DNA of 64,000 nucleotides, from contig OZ242296.1 of NCBI GenBank assembly GCA_965207735.1, positions 544,001 through 608,000 on the forward strand, given 5' to 3'. The position numbers were made by a program, and so were the translations under genes. The notes beneath the pieces were generated by a model. That model was not told the origin of the DNA and did no database searches. It was given only the letters and a program-made list of their open reading frames with translations. Of the stretch, positions 32,081 to 42,208 are shown in pieces. Position 1 is the stretch's first letter; each line of letters begins with the position of its first letter. The DNA is from Candidatus Versatilivorator sp. Lineage in GTDB: Bacteria > Acidobacteriota > Terriglobia > Versatilivoradales > Versatilivoraceae.

Positions 32081-33316
32081 ATGCCGTCCAACGTCATCAT
32101 GCCCCAGATGGGCGAAAGCATCTTCGAGGGTACGATCACCAAGTGGCTCAAGAATGTGGGTGACCGGGTGGAACGAGATGAACCCCTTTTTGAAATTTCC
32201 ACCGACAAGGTGGATTCCGAGATACCGGCCTCCACCTCGGGCATCCTCAGAGAGATCCTGTTCCAGGAAGGAGAAACGGTCGAGATAAACACCGTGGTAG
32301 CCATTATCGATGACGAGGGGGGCGCGATTCCGGATTCCACGGAGGCCGGCGACGCTGTTTCCCCCAAAGAGTCTGAGCAGCCTCCCGAGCGCAACCTGAG
32401 AACTGAAGCTGCCGATCCCCGGCGGGGCCCTCGTTCCTCCCCGCTGGTGCGGCGCATGGCTCAAGAAGAGGGGATCGATCTGAGGGAAGTTGAAGGGACC
32501 GGTCTGGGGGGGCGGATCACCAAGCGGGACATCCTGAACTACCTGTCGGAGCGGGAGAGGATTGCCGAGGTGGCCCGGCCGCTGGTTCAACAGGCACAGC
32601 AGGGGCTGCCTGCGGCGCCCTCCGGTCAGGATGAGATCGTTCCGATGACGGCCATGCGCAGAAGCATTGCGGAGCATATGATCGACAGTCGCCGCACTTC
32701 GGCACATGTCACCACCATTTTTGAAGTGGACATGACCGCCATCGTAAAGCTAAGGAAGGAACATGCCGATGAGTTCGGGCGCCGGGAAGGGTTCAAGCTG
32801 TCCTTGACGTCCTTCTTTGTCAAGGGAGTTGCCGATACCTTGAAGGATTTCCCCATCTTGAATGCGTCGATCGTGGGAAACGACATCGTCTACAAGAAGG
32901 AGATCAACCTGGGCGTTGCCGTGGCGTTGGATTGGGGCTTGATCGTCCCCGTGATCCGGCAGGCTCAGTTGAAGACTCTGGTGGGATTGGCCAGGGAGGT
33001 TGCCGACCTGTCCCATCGGGCTCGCCAGAAGAAGCTCAGTCCGGACGAAGTCCGCGGAGGGACCTTTACCCTCACCAACCCGGGGGTGTTCGGCAGCTTG
33101 ATCGGAACGCCGATCATCAATCAACCCCAAGTCGCGATTCTGTGTGTCGGCGCTATCACCAAACGGGCGGTTGTGATCAACGATGCCATTGCCATCCGCT
33201 CCATGGCTTATCTGTCGCTGACCTTCGATCATCGGCTCATAGACGGCGCCATGGCAGACCGGTTCCTCTCGAGTCTCAAGGCCAGGCTGGAGGGTTGGAG
33301 CGGCACCATCGGCTGA
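32081..33316 (+). CDS. Dihydrolipoamide acyltransferase E2 with one lipoyl domain
   Basis: MPQMGES...TDKV lipoyl domain, GTGLGGRITKRD E3-binding domain, DHRLIDG catalytic motif. Confidence 0.94.
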   Translation: MPSNVIMPQMGESIFEGTITKWLKNVGDRVERDEPLFEISTDKVDSEIPASTSGILREILFQEGETVEINTVVAIIDDEGGAIPDSTEAGDAVSPKESEQPPERNLRTEAADPRRGPRSSPLVRRMAQEEGIDLREVEGTGLGGRITKRDILNYLSERERIAEVARPLVQQAQQGLPAAPSGQDEIVPMTAMRRSIAEHMIDSRRTSAHVTTIFEVDMTAIVKLRKEHADEFGRREGFKLSLTSFFVKGVADTLKDFPILNASIVGNDIVYKKEINLGVAVALDWGLIVPVIRQAQLKTLVGLAREVADLSHRARQKKLSPDEVRGGTFTLTNPGVFGSLIGTPIINQPQVAILCVGAITKRAVVINDAIAIRSMAYLSLTFDHRLIDGAMADRFLSSLKARLEGWSGTIG

Positions 33317-33415
33317 CTTCCGTTGCTGGTCCGAGGCATGCCTGCCTGAGACAAGCGGGGGGGCGTTACTGCGAGCGGTCTGGTTGGGACCAGTGCCCCG
33401 AGGGAGGAATGATTG

Positions 33416-33994
33416 ATGCTGATGAAGGCCCAGCCGGACAAACAGGCCGAGGCGCTTTCCGGGCTGGTGCGCCAAATGCTTCACCACTTGGGCGAAGATG
33501 CCCAACGATCAGGGTTGGAACGGACTCCCGAGCGGGTGGCGGCCAGCCTCCAGTTCCTCACTCAGGGCTACCAGCTCGACCTGGAATCGGTGATCAATGG
33601 GGCGCTGTTTGAAGCCGAATATGACGAAATGGTGATCGTCAAGGACATCGAGGTCTACAGTCTTTGCGAGCACCACCTTCTGCCCTTCTATGGAAAGTGC
33701 CACCTGGCTTACCTGCCGGATCGCAAGATCATCGGACTAAGCAAGATGGCGCGAATCGTAGATGTCTTGAGCCGACGGCTTCAGATTCAGGAAAGGCTCA
33801 CTACGGAAATTGCGGCCACGGTCAAGAAGTACCTGGAGCCGAAGGGAGTGGGGGTGGTGATTGAAGCCTATCATTTCTGCATGATGATGCGCGGGGTGCA
33901 GAAACAGAACAGCCAAACCGTCACCAGTTGCATGCTCGGCCGCTTCAAGAGCGACAGCAAGACCCGAAGCGAGTTCCTGGAGTTTCTCAAGTAG
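33416..33994 (+). CDS. folE: GTP cyclohydrolase I
   Basis: [42 protein letters not shown]. Confidence 0.96.
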   Translation: MLMKAQPDKQAEALSGLVRQMLHHLGEDAQRSGLERTPERVAASLQFLTQGYQLDLESVINGALFEAEYDEMVIVKDIEVYSLCEHHLLPFYGKCHLAYLPDRKIIGLSKMARIVDVLSRRLQIQERLTTEIAATVKKYLEPKGVGVVIEAYHFCMMMRGVQKQNSQTVTSCMLGRFKSDSKTRSEFLEFLK

Positions 33995-33998
33995 TCCC

Positions 33999-34910
33999 TC
34001 ATCGAGCCGAAAGCTTTTCAAGAGTCCTGAGTACGATCTGTCCCACCCGTTCCATGCTTCGGGGGCTGATTTTGTCCAGCGTGTCCTGCGGCGTGTGCCA
34101 GTAGCGGTTGTTCGGTCCGAATTCGTAGTCGATCAAATCCACGGCCGGGATCCCAACCTCGATAAATGGCGTGTGGTCGTCCATCACGGCCTTTGGATTG
34201 CCGGCCAGATGTCTTCCATACCCCAACTCGGTGGCTGAGTCTCTCACCAAACGCATCAGCCAGGGGGTCGAGTTGAGGTCATGCTCCAGAACCAGGTCCT
34301 TGTCGCCCACCATGTCCATCAGGATCATGGCCTTGATTCTGCCGGCTTGACCACTGGCTCTGAGACGCTCCACAAAATATCGGCTCCCGTAAAGACTGTC
34401 GGTGCGTGACCAGGCCTTCTGGGCTTCCTCTCCGTCGAAAAAGACAAACCACAGGGAGAAACTCAGTTGCCGGTGGGGGAGTACCCTTGCCAGTTCCAGC
34501 AACAGGCCCACGCTGGAACCTCCATCGTTGGCACCCACAAAGACGCTGTTCGGCATCAAGTGGGTATCGTAGTGGCTGGCCAGAATCACCACCTGGCCCA
34601 TGTCTCCCCCGGAGCGTCCAATGATGTTTTTCATGGACAGGTTGCCATTGGGGGTCGAAGCCAGGAAGTTTTGGTGTTCGACCTCAAGGGGAATTTGGCG
34701 CAAGACCCCAGTGATGTACCGTTGGGCTTTCTTGATGCCGGGCGACGCCGGCGGCCGGGGACCGAAGGTGACCAGTCGCTCCACATGGGCGAATGCCCGA
34801 TCGCCGCTTAAGGGGAGACTTTCTCCGGAGAGACAGCCAGCGAAGATGGCAATCAGGAGCAGACCGGCGAGCCCGGTGGGAATCCCTGGGGATGAACGGC
34901 GGTGGGTCAT
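33999..34910 (-). CDS. M28-family lipoprotein, animal-type (type II) glutaminyl cyclase-like
   Basis: Lipobox IFAGC; SHYDT, FVGANDG, FFDGEEA, DSLYGSRY, LMDMVG, DDHTPF, YWHT. Confidence 0.8.
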   Translation of the reverse strand: MTHRRSSPGIPTGLAGLLLIAIFAGCLSGESLPLSGDRAFAHVERLVTFGPRPPASPGIKKAQRYITGVLRQIPLEVEHQNFLASTPNGNLSMKNIIGRSGGDMGQVVILASHYDTHLMPNSVFVGANDGGSSVGLLLELARVLPHRQLSFSLWFVFFDGEEAQKAWSRTDSLYGSRYFVERLRASGQAGRIKAMILMDMVGDKDLVLEHDLNSTPWLMRLVRDSATELGYGRHLAGNPKAVMDDHTPFIEVGIPAVDLIDYEFGPNNRYWHTPQDTLDKISPRSMERVGQIVLRTLEKLSAR

Positions 34911-34924
34911 GGAATGCAGGAAGT

Positions 34925-35761
34925 CTATTCCCGGACGACCTCGACCTCGGAATCCGGAATGGCGAGCTTCTTCAGCCTCAGGTCGCTGTCCAGCCAATAA
35001 TTGACTATCATCTCCCCCGTGTCGACCAGGAAGCGTCGCAGCCACAAGGGTTGATCCTCGAATTCGACTTCTTCCTTCCCCACTTCGGAAACGGTGACTC
35101 CTCCAGCCAAGAACTGTTGCGGAACGAACGCGGAGAACTCCTGAATGCCGCCACGGCAGAGGTCGTACCGTTTGGAGAGGATCAGGTAATGGTGAAAGAC
35201 ATTGTCGTCAAGAATGGTCACATCCTTTTTCAATTCGATTCTTTTCCGGTCCGTTTCTCCATCGGAAAAATAGGACACTCGGCTTCGATCCGGCAGGAAA
35301 TCCACCTTGGCCCTCATACGGTTGGGACCCGCATCCTGCACCACTTCGTAAGCCTCCGGTTCAAACAGGTCATTGAAACGAAGGGTGGAATCGATTCGGA
35401 AGGTCACCGGTTCGGCGGGCGGACGGTCGGGGCGGGGAAGCTCCTCATAATCTTCCTCATCCAGATATTCAGGCGGATCCGCGGGGTCTTCCCGGCTGAT
35501 GGTGAGTTGGGTGCGGCTACTGGCTTTTATGTGATGGTTGCTCTCCGAGATTTCGAATTCTTCGTGCCCGATTTCCTTTCCCGCGAAAAATATCCGGAAG
35601 CGACCGAGCTCGCGGCCGGAGTAAATGATGGGTGGAGGCTCCTCGTCCTCTTCCAGCTCCTTGCACTCCTGTTGCGGCAAAAGGGATGGCCCTGCCACCA
35701 GCAAGGGGCACAGCTGTAGCGACAACAGCAACCAAGCGGGGACGGCTGTCTTAATGCCCAT
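34925..35761 (-). CDS. Hypothetical exported protein with acidic Pro-rich insert
   Basis: Signal peptide-like N-terminus; co-oriented and tightly packed between aroK and the M28 gene. Confidence 0.7.
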   Translation of the reverse strand: MGIKTAVPAWLLLSLQLCPLLVAGPSLLPQQECKELEEDEEPPPIIYSGRELGRFRIFFAGKEIGHEEFEISESNHHIKASSRTQLTISREDPADPPEYLDEEDYEELPRPDRPPAEPVTFRIDSTLRFNDLFEPEAYEVVQDAGPNRMRAKVDFLPDRSRVSYFSDGETDRKRIELKKDVTILDDNVFHHYLILSKRYDLCRGGIQEFSAFVPQQFLAGGVTVSEVGKEEVEFEDQPLWLRRFLVDTGEMIVNYWLDSDLRLKKLAIPDSEVEVVRE

Positions 35762-36293
35762 GGTCAGGAGGGGTAGCAGGCCGGCTCAGTGAGAGCTGCA
35801 GACCGGTCTCTTCCAGGATGGTGCTCACTATTCTATCAGGGGGCAAGGAGGCGTCGACCTCAAAATCACTCAGCCGGTACAGGGGCAACCGGGATGCATA
35901 GAGCTCTTGTACTGAAGCCGGATCCTTCAGGAGCGGTCGGGTGCCGTCCGGAGGGCATCGCTCCAGCACAAGCTCCGGGGGCAGATTGAGAAATACCGAA
36001 AGCCCCAGCCGCTTGATGTGGAGACGGTTCCGGGGTTCGATGAATGCGCCGCCCCCCAGGGCTGCCACGCAGTGATTCCAGCGCTCCAGATTCCTCACGG
36101 CATCGCTTTCCATCCGGCGGAAGTAGGGTTCCCCATGCTCCGCGAAGATCCGGTGGATGGGACCGCCGAAGGAGGCCTCGATCACGGAGTCCAGGTCCAG
36201 GAAAGGCCATCCGAGGCGCTGGGCCAGCAACGGTCCGACAGTTGATTTCCCGGAGCCCATGAATCCGACCAGAAAGACGCGATCTCTTTCCAT
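35751..36293 (-). CDS. aroK: Shikimate kinase
   Basis: LVGFMGSGKSTVG, DLD, GEPYFR, LGGG, RPLL. Confidence 0.95.
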   Translation of the reverse strand: MERDRVFLVGFMGSGKSTVGPLLAQRLGWPFLDLDSVIEASFGGPIHRIFAEHGEPYFRRMESDAVRNLERWNHCVAALGGGAFIEPRNRLHIKRLGLSVFLNLPPELVLERCPPDGTRPLLKDPASVQELYASRLPLYRLSDFEVDASLPPDRIVSTILEETGLQLSLSRPATPPDHGH

Positions 36294-36371
36294 TTCAAAA
36301 AAAATAGCCCAAGGCAGCTTGGGCTTGTCTTCAGTTGTAGCTCAGCAGGTTCGGAGGAATGCGGGCTGGAA

Positions 36372-37232
36372 CTATTCCGAAGACTGGCGTTTGATCTGAA
36401 TAGGGCCACTGAAGGTGGAGAGTTGTACGGTTGCCGATCCTTCATTCAGGGTGCCCAAGAGCGAATGGCGGTCACGCCACAGTGGCCGGTGTTGCTTGGA
36501 CTTGATGGGAAGATCGGTCTTGATGCTTCCTTTGACCGTTCGTACGTCCCACTCCACCGAGGCCTCCTCATCGCAGATGACCGAAATCCGACCATCGGTG
36601 CTGGAGAGGTTGTAGGAGCCTCCCCCCATGAAATCCCCTTTGTAGGTAATGTTCCCAAGGGTTGAGTTGGCCTTGACGTTGTCGCTTTCCAACTGGTCCA
36701 GCACAATGTCTCCGGTCACCGTGGTGGCATGAATGGTGCCCTTGGATTGGGTGACCTCGACCGCCTTCCGTCCGATCGAGGAGGCATTGACGTAACCCTC
36801 GACCCCGGCGACCTTGACCTCTGCCTCAACCACGTCCACGGTTACCTGACCTCGAATGTTGTGTACCGTAACGACGCCCATATTGGATCGAATCTCGAGA
36901 TTCGAGCGTTTCGGAACGTAGAGCTCATAGTCCACCACCGTATTCTCGGCAGTAGCCAGCTCGTCCAGCACGTGGCTGGTAATCCGCACCCGGTTGGGTC
37001 CGACCTCGGTGTCGATTTCAACGTTCTCCGAACGCCTCATCCCAATCACCGTCACCACCTTGTTCTCCCCGCCCTCCACGGAGATCATGCCGGAATAGTT
37101 CACGAGGATGATCGTGGGTGAGTCCCCGACCTTGAAGATTTTTTCCTCGCGATGGTCGTGAGCGCCGGCGGCCGGGGGAAGCGCCAGCATCAGGGCAGCC
37201 GACAGGGTCAGGAGGGTTGGGTGGCGGGTCAT
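36372..37232 (-). CDS. DUF4097-type beta-strand repeat (adhesin-like) exported protein
   Basis: Signal peptide; repeated TxxGxI units; downstream of ECF sigma and anti-sigma. Confidence 0.75.
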   Translation of the reverse strand: MTRHPTLLTLSAALMLALPPAAGAHDHREEKIFKVGDSPTIILVNYSGMISVEGGENKVVTVIGMRRSENVEIDTEVGPNRVRITSHVLDELATAENTVVDYELYVPKRSNLEIRSNMGVVTVHNIRGQVTVDVVEAEVKVAGVEGYVNASSIGRKAVEVTQSKGTIHATTVTGDIVLDQLESDNVKANSTLGNITYKGDFMGGGSYNLSSTDGRISVICDEEASVEWDVRTVKGSIKTDLPIKSKQHRPLWRDRHSLLGTLNEGSATVQLSTFSGPIQIKRQSSE

Positions 37233-37264
37233 GATCGAAGTGATAAAGTCTCCTTTTTTTGAGG

Positions 37265-37954
37265 CTATAACAAAGAATCCGAAGTCACGATTGTTTGCAA
37301 CAACTCGACTTTCTTTTGATATGCGGCCAAAAGGTACCGGTGAGCCAAGGGGTTTTGCGGGCTGTTTTCCACCGCCTGCTTACACTCGTGCAGGTAGTAA
37401 TCCATGGTCGCCAGGTTGTCGTGAAACACCTGCGCCAGCACTGGATCCAGTCCTTCCAGCCTCCTCCGCGAGCTTGTGCTGAGTGCCTCGATGGCGGCCC
37501 GGTAGTTGGTCTCCGCTATTTGGAGTTCCTCGAGGAGGTCCTCCTGGTGGGAGGTCGAAGCCGCGGGAATCGGAACCAACGGCGAGTGGGTTGTCAAATC
37601 GTAGACCAGCAGCGACCCGATCCCGAGAAACAAGGCCAATATAGCACCGCTCCAAGCGGGTTTCAAGGCAGGCAGGCGCTTGGGTAGAATCGAGGCCCAG
37701 AAGGACTCCTTGGGCTCGGAGTGAATGAGCCCTTCGGCCTCGAGTTGGTATCGGAGGTTGGTCCAGAGGTGCTCGGGCGGATCCAGGGGCTTCAATCTTC
37801 CCACGCCATGCCGAATGGAATTCAGGTCCTGATGGAAGGCGGTGCACTCGGCGCAGGACTCGAGATGTTTCTCAACCGCCTCGGCCCGCAACGGATCCAG
37901 GTCTCCATCCATCCACAATGAGACATCTTCTTGTATATCAGGACAATCGGTCAT
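37265..37954 (-). CDS. zf-HC2 anti-sigma factor
   Basis: C...MDGDL...HLESCAEC (HxxxCxxC), one TM helix; follows ECF sigma. Confidence 0.88.
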   Translation of the reverse strand: MTDCPDIQEDVSLWMDGDLDPLRAEAVEKHLESCAECTAFHQDLNSIRHGVGRLKPLDPPEHLWTNLRYQLEAEGLIHSEPKESFWASILPKRLPALKPAWSGAILALFLGIGSLLVYDLTTHSPLVPIPAASTSHQEDLLEELQIAETNYRAAIEALSTSSRRRLEGLDPVLAQVFHDNLATMDYYLHECKQAVENSPQNPLAHRYLLAAYQKKVELLQTIVTSDSLL

Positions 37955-38024
37955 CAAGTTATCCTCGACCAACTCGTGTGAAGCGCAAAATTCCTACTAC
38001 CGCTAGGTTAGATACAAAAAACCA

Positions 38025-38609
38025 CTACGGTGATGCCTTGAGTTGTTTTTTTTTCAATTTTGGCTTCTTGTCCAACAATAACGACCTGAGCTTAAGCCGA
38101 GCCTTGAAAAGCTGTGACTTGGAGTTTCCGACCGAGCAACCCATTATTCGGGCAATTTCGTTATGTTCATAGCCTTCAATGTCGTGCAGGACAAAGACGG
38201 TTCGGTACCCTCTGGGCAGAGCTGCAATTGCCTTTTCCAGGGTGATCCGGTCCACCACTCCCAACAGGTCGATATCCTCGGATCCATACTCCTTCGGGGG
38301 GAGATCCTGCCCATCGTCGCGATCCTGGTCCAGCGAGACCTGGTCCAGCCCCTTCTTTCTGATGCGCATCAGGATGATATTGACTGTAAGGCGATGCATC
38401 CAGGTCGAGAAAGCCGAGTCTCCCCGGAAGGTGCCGATCTTCCTGAAGAGTTGCATGAAGGCTTCCTGGCTCATATCCTCCGCCTCTGCCGGGTCGCGTA
38501 CCATCCTCAAGCAGAGCGAGTAGACCCTGCGCTTGTGCAGGTTGTACAGCACCTCGAACGCCTGCGGGTCGCCGGCGACGCATCCAGCGATGGCTTGAGC
38601 TTCGGTCAT
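38025..38609 (-). CDS. ECF RNA polymerase sigma factor
   Basis: GDPQAFEVLY, AEDMSQEAF, FSTWMHR, LHDIEGYEHNEIA, GNSKSQL. Confidence 0.95.
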   Translation of the reverse strand: MTEAQAIAGCVAGDPQAFEVLYNLHKRRVYSLCLRMVRDPAEAEDMSQEAFMQLFRKIGTFRGDSAFSTWMHRLTVNIILMRIRKKGLDQVSLDQDRDDGQDLPPKEYGSEDIDLLGVVDRITLEKAIAALPRGYRTVFVLHDIEGYEHNEIARIMGCSVGNSKSQLFKARLKLRSLLLDKKPKLKKKQLKASP

Positions 38610-38955
38610 CTGTGGAAACCCGATAGCGCAACGGCAACCGCACCGTTGGCGAGCAGGTCGGGGCAGGCAACAGTCCTGATCCCGAAAGTTGTTATTTGTA
38701 AGTGACTTATCACGCCTGAGACAGTAAGTCTTGTTGGCCTGATGGTGGAAAATAACGGATGGTAGAGAAGGTGTCAACCTCTGGAGGGGATTGGTCCGCC
38801 CGTTGAAAGAGGTCCTGAAGGGTGTTTCAGGCTGCTGAGTCCTCATTATTTGTCCGAAGGGGGGTGAGCGGGGGGGCAATGGCCAGCCAATGGACACTGA
38901 AATGGAACAGCTCCAGCTAAACATTGACAAATCAAGGGTTAAGGGGTTCAGTTTC

Positions 38956-38985
38956 TTGACGGAAGGGGGGTTTTCTGTGTAGGGT
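38956..38985 (+). promoter_or_regulatory. Possible sigma70 promoter for the nrdR operon
   Basis: TTGACG-18 nt-TAGGGT, preceded by TGTG. Confidence 0.3.
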
Positions 38986-39063
38986 TAGTCGCAACTTTCC
39001 GCGGAGCCGCCAGGGGACTCCCTTGCAGCCGCAGTTGGACTCGTTGACCTCTTACTCAAGCCC

Positions 39064-39528
39064 ATGAAATGTCCCTATTGTAGTCACCTGGAAGACAAGG
39101 TCGTCGATTCCCGCGAGAGCAGGGAAGGGGAAGCTATCCGCCGCCGCCGCCAATGTGCGGGTTGTGGCCGCAGGTTCACCAGCTACGAGAGGATCGATGA
39201 GATTCCCTATCTGGTGGTCAAGAAGGACGGGTCTCGCGAACGATTTGACCGGCAGAAGTTGATGACGGGCCTATTGAAGGCCTGCGAAAAGCGTCCGGTG
39301 AGCATGAACCAACTGGAATCCATCGTGAATGAAGTCGAGTCCTTTGTTCACGAATCCAGCGATCGTGAGAGAGGCACTGCGCAGATCGGGGAAATGCTGA
39401 TGGAGAGATTGCGTCAACTCGACAAAGTGGCCTACGTGCGGTATGCCTCGGTGTACCTGGATTTCAAGGACATCAAGGAGTTCATGGCAGAGCTTCGCGA
39501 ACTGCTCAGAGTTGAGAGAATCGACTGA
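39064..39528 (+). CDS. nrdR: Transcriptional repressor NrdR
   Basis: MKCPYC...VVDSR...IRRRRQC..CGRRFTSYE, ATP cone, VAYVRYASVY. Confidence 0.97.
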   Translation: MKCPYCSHLEDKVVDSRESREGEAIRRRRQCAGCGRRFTSYERIDEIPYLVVKKDGSRERFDRQKLMTGLLKACEKRPVSMNQLESIVNEVESFVHESSDRERGTAQIGEMLMERLRQLDKVAYVRYASVYLDFKDIKEFMAELRELLRVERID

Positions 39529-39683
39529 CTTACCTGGCATTACGGCAAGGTAATGGACCCTTTCAAAAACTCCGGTGTGCTTCCCAATGCTCGAAAAACG
39601 GCCCGGGTTGCCGCCGGCGGCAGGCGTTTCCCCACGGCATGGGGCGCCGGAGGGTGCCGGCATGTCAAGAGGCGGTAGGGATC

Positions 39684-40694
39684 ATGGCGGTCGGGTCCTC
39701 CTCTCAGGGCGAAACAAGGCTGATTGAACGCATTCACCGCCTCGCCCGCCAGGTTCTCCCGCCATCGGAGAGCGTCTTCATCTCCTTTGGAGACGACGCC
39801 GCTGCCGTGGCCCCATCCTCGGGGCATGTGCTCCTGATCTCGACCGATGCCCTTGTCGAGGGTATCCACTTCGACCTGGACTACTTTCGACCTGAGGATC
39901 TGGGTTGGAAGGCGCTGGCTGTCAATCTCAGCGACATCGCCGCCATGGGAGGCAAGCCCTTGGGATTCACCACTTCCTTGGCGTTTCCGAAAGAGACGCC
40001 GCCAAATTTTGTAACCCGCGTCTACGGAGGCATGTTGAAGCTGGCTGAACTCAGCCGTGCCGACCTTCTGGGAGGAGACCTTTGCGCTTCGCCGGGAACA
40101 GTTTTCCTGGATGTGACCATCCTGGGAGAAGTAAGGCCGGCGCAGGTGCTCACTCGAAAGGCTGCTCGTCCCGGAGACAGCCTCTTTGTCACCGGGGAGC
40201 TTGGGGCCTCGGCGATCGGGCTGGAGCTGCTTCGGCGGTCTCCAGGACGGGCCCGTTACTTTCCGCATCTGGCGGGACGACACCTACGCCCGATGCCCAG
40301 AAATCGGATTGGCTGCTGGCTGTCCGCCAACGGCTGTGCTTCCGCTCTCATCGACTTGAGCGATGGACTCTCGACCGACCTTCACCATCTTTGCCAGGCG
40401 AGCCATGTGGGCGCCGTGATCGACTCGGATCGCATACCCCTGCCCAAAATCAGCCCAAAAGTCGGTTCCTGGGTGGAACGGCCCCTGCTAGACTATGGGT
40501 TGAACGGGGGTGAGGATTACGAGCTTCTGTTTTCCGTGCCCCCGGAGAGGCGGGATCAGGTTCCCGGCCGTTTGGACGGCCTTGAGATTCACGAGATCGG
40601 CTCCATTGTTGATGAACCCGGGGCCTGTTGGCTTCGAGAACAGGGACGTCTGAGACTTCTCTCACCCCGCGGATTCGACCATTTTCGACGGTAG
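39684..40694 (+). CDS. thiL: Thiamine-monophosphate kinase
   Basis: GDDAA, TDALVEGIHF, VNLSDIAAMGG, DLSDGL, GGEDYELLF, GFDHF. Confidence 0.95.
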   Translation: MAVGSSSQGETRLIERIHRLARQVLPPSESVFISFGDDAAAVAPSSGHVLLISTDALVEGIHFDLDYFRPEDLGWKALAVNLSDIAAMGGKPLGFTTSLAFPKETPPNFVTRVYGGMLKLAELSRADLLGGDLCASPGTVFLDVTILGEVRPAQVLTRKAARPGDSLFVTGELGASAIGLELLRRSPGRARYFPHLAGRHLRPMPRNRIGCWLSANGCASALIDLSDGLSTDLHHLCQASHVGAVIDSDRIPLPKISPKVGSWVERPLLDYGLNGGEDYELLFSVPPERRDQVPGRLDGLEIHEIGSIVDEPGACWLREQGRLRLLSPRGFDHFRR

Positions 40695-40720
40695 ATGTTC
40701 CAGTGATCGGCAACCGGCAC

Positions 40721-42208
40721 ATGAGTCTTCTCTCTCCAATGCTTGCAGGCGGGTTTCGCATTTGTGCAATCCTGATCCTGCTCCTTGCGCACGCCGGCCG
40801 GAGCCAGGCCCAATTTCCGTCGATTCTGATTCAACCCGATATTCGGGTGTTTACCGTTCTGGGAGCGCTGCGGGCCGCAGGATTCGATGAGGGATCGCTC
40901 CTGCTTCACCCGGCCGGCCTCCCGATTGCCCGGGAGTTCAGGGATCTGCCCGCCGGCTTGAAGTCGCGGTTGGAGGATTTCTACGACACCCATCGCGGAG
41001 GAAAAGATCCACACCAGGAATTGATCAAGTATATTTCGCTGGCGTTCGTCATCGATGGCCCTCCCGATTTCAAGCCGCTCCTGGCAGCAGGTCAGATGCC
41101 TCCCGATGCCGGTTCAGTGGCTGAGCTGACGAGTCTGCTGGGGGAATTCTACGCGAAAGCGAGAGTAGAATCCGTCTGGAGCCGGTACAAGCATCTGCAC
41201 GATCGAGCCGTCCTGGACTACCGCCCGTTGATCAACCGGATGATCATGACCACCGAGGGCTATCTCAGGATGCGGTCGGGAATCTATCGAGGGCGGCAAC
41301 TGATCCTGGTGCCGGATTTTCTGGTTCCTTCCAATACCTTCAATGCACGAACCTATCAAAGCACCTACTATTTTCTTTTCAGTCCATCCGGTTCCCCCAA
41401 GATTTCGGAAATTCGCCACCAGTTTCTTCACTTTCTGCTGGATCCCTTTGCCGCCAGGTATCCGCTGCCCGTGGAAGAGCGAAAGGCTCTGACCGAGATC
41501 ATGCTGGCCGGGAGCGAGGGTCCGGAGGGCGCCGAGCAGGGAGTGCAGGAGATGGTTACCGAAAGCCTCATCAAGGCGGTGGAGATGAGGCTCGATCACT
41601 TGCCGCAAGAGCAGGCCGAAGCCTCCTTGAATGAGGCTGTTCGCTCGGGAGCCCTGCTGTGCGGCCACTTTTTTTCGGCACTACAGCGGTTTGAGAAGGA
41701 ATTCGAGGGATTTCAATTGTATTACCGCACTCTCCTCTCCGGTCTGGATGTCTCTGAAATCATGGCAGCCCAGCAAGCGGCCATCAGTTCCCCACGTGAG
41801 GAGACACCGCCGGCCCAACGGCCGACGGAAGTGGAACGGCTTCTGCGCCAGGCCAAGTCGAGCTTGGGGAGCGACGAATTGGAGCGGGCCGCGGAGCTGT
41901 TCAACCTGGTGTTGGACCGCCACGACTCCCGCAATGGCGAGGCCCTTTACGGCCTGGGAATCGTGGCCGTCAGCCGCTCAGACAAGGATGCGGCCAGGGA
42001 CTATTTCGGCAGGTCGGTAGTGTCCGAAACCTGCCCGGACTCGGTCAAGGTCTGGGCCTACATTTATTTGGGAAGACTGTTCGATCTGGATGACGCCCGC
42101 GAGGAGGCGATTCTGCAGTACCGCGCCGCCGTTGCCCTGGGTGACGATACACGCGGCGCCCAAGCCGTTGCTCGCAGCGGTTTGCTGGAACCCTTTCAGC
42201 CAAAGTGA
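40721..42208 (+). CDS. Exported hypothetical protein with C-terminal TPR repeats
   Basis: Signal peptide; TPR-like ALYGLG...A and YIYLGRLFD...A; abuts rnc. Confidence 0.75.
   Translation: MSLLSPMLAGGFRICAILILLLAHAGRSQAQFPSILIQPDIRVFTVLGALRAAGFDEGSLLLHPAGLPIAREFRDLPAGLKSRLEDFYDTHRGGKDPHQELIKYISLAFVIDGPPDFKPLLAAGQMPPDAGSVAELTSLLGEFYAKARVESVWSRYKHLHDRAVLDYRPLINRMIMTTEGYLRMRSGIYRGRQLILVPDFLVPSNTFNARTYQSTYYFLFSPSGSPKISEIRHQFLHFLLDPFAARYPLPVEERKALTEIMLAGSEGPEGAEQGVQEMVTESLIKAVEMRLDHLPQEQAEASLNEAVRSGALLCGHFFSALQRFEKEFEGFQLYYRTLLSGLDVSEIMAAQQAAISSPREETPPAQRPTEVERLLRQAKSSLGSDELERAAELFNLVLDRHDSRNGEALYGLGIVAVSRSDKDAARDYFGRSVVSETCPDSVKVWAYIYLGRLFDLDDAREEAILQYRAAVALGDDTRGAQAVARSGLLEPFQPK

Noticed and set aside
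38610-38930. Long N-terminal extensions in the ORF track (ECF sigma; likewise Sel1, DinB, SAF and OCD genes)
   Set aside because: The extensions run through intergenic or repeat DNA; conserved domains start at internal start codons
39529-39683. TPP riboswitch upstream of thiL
   Set aside because: The conserved CUGAGA core is not present
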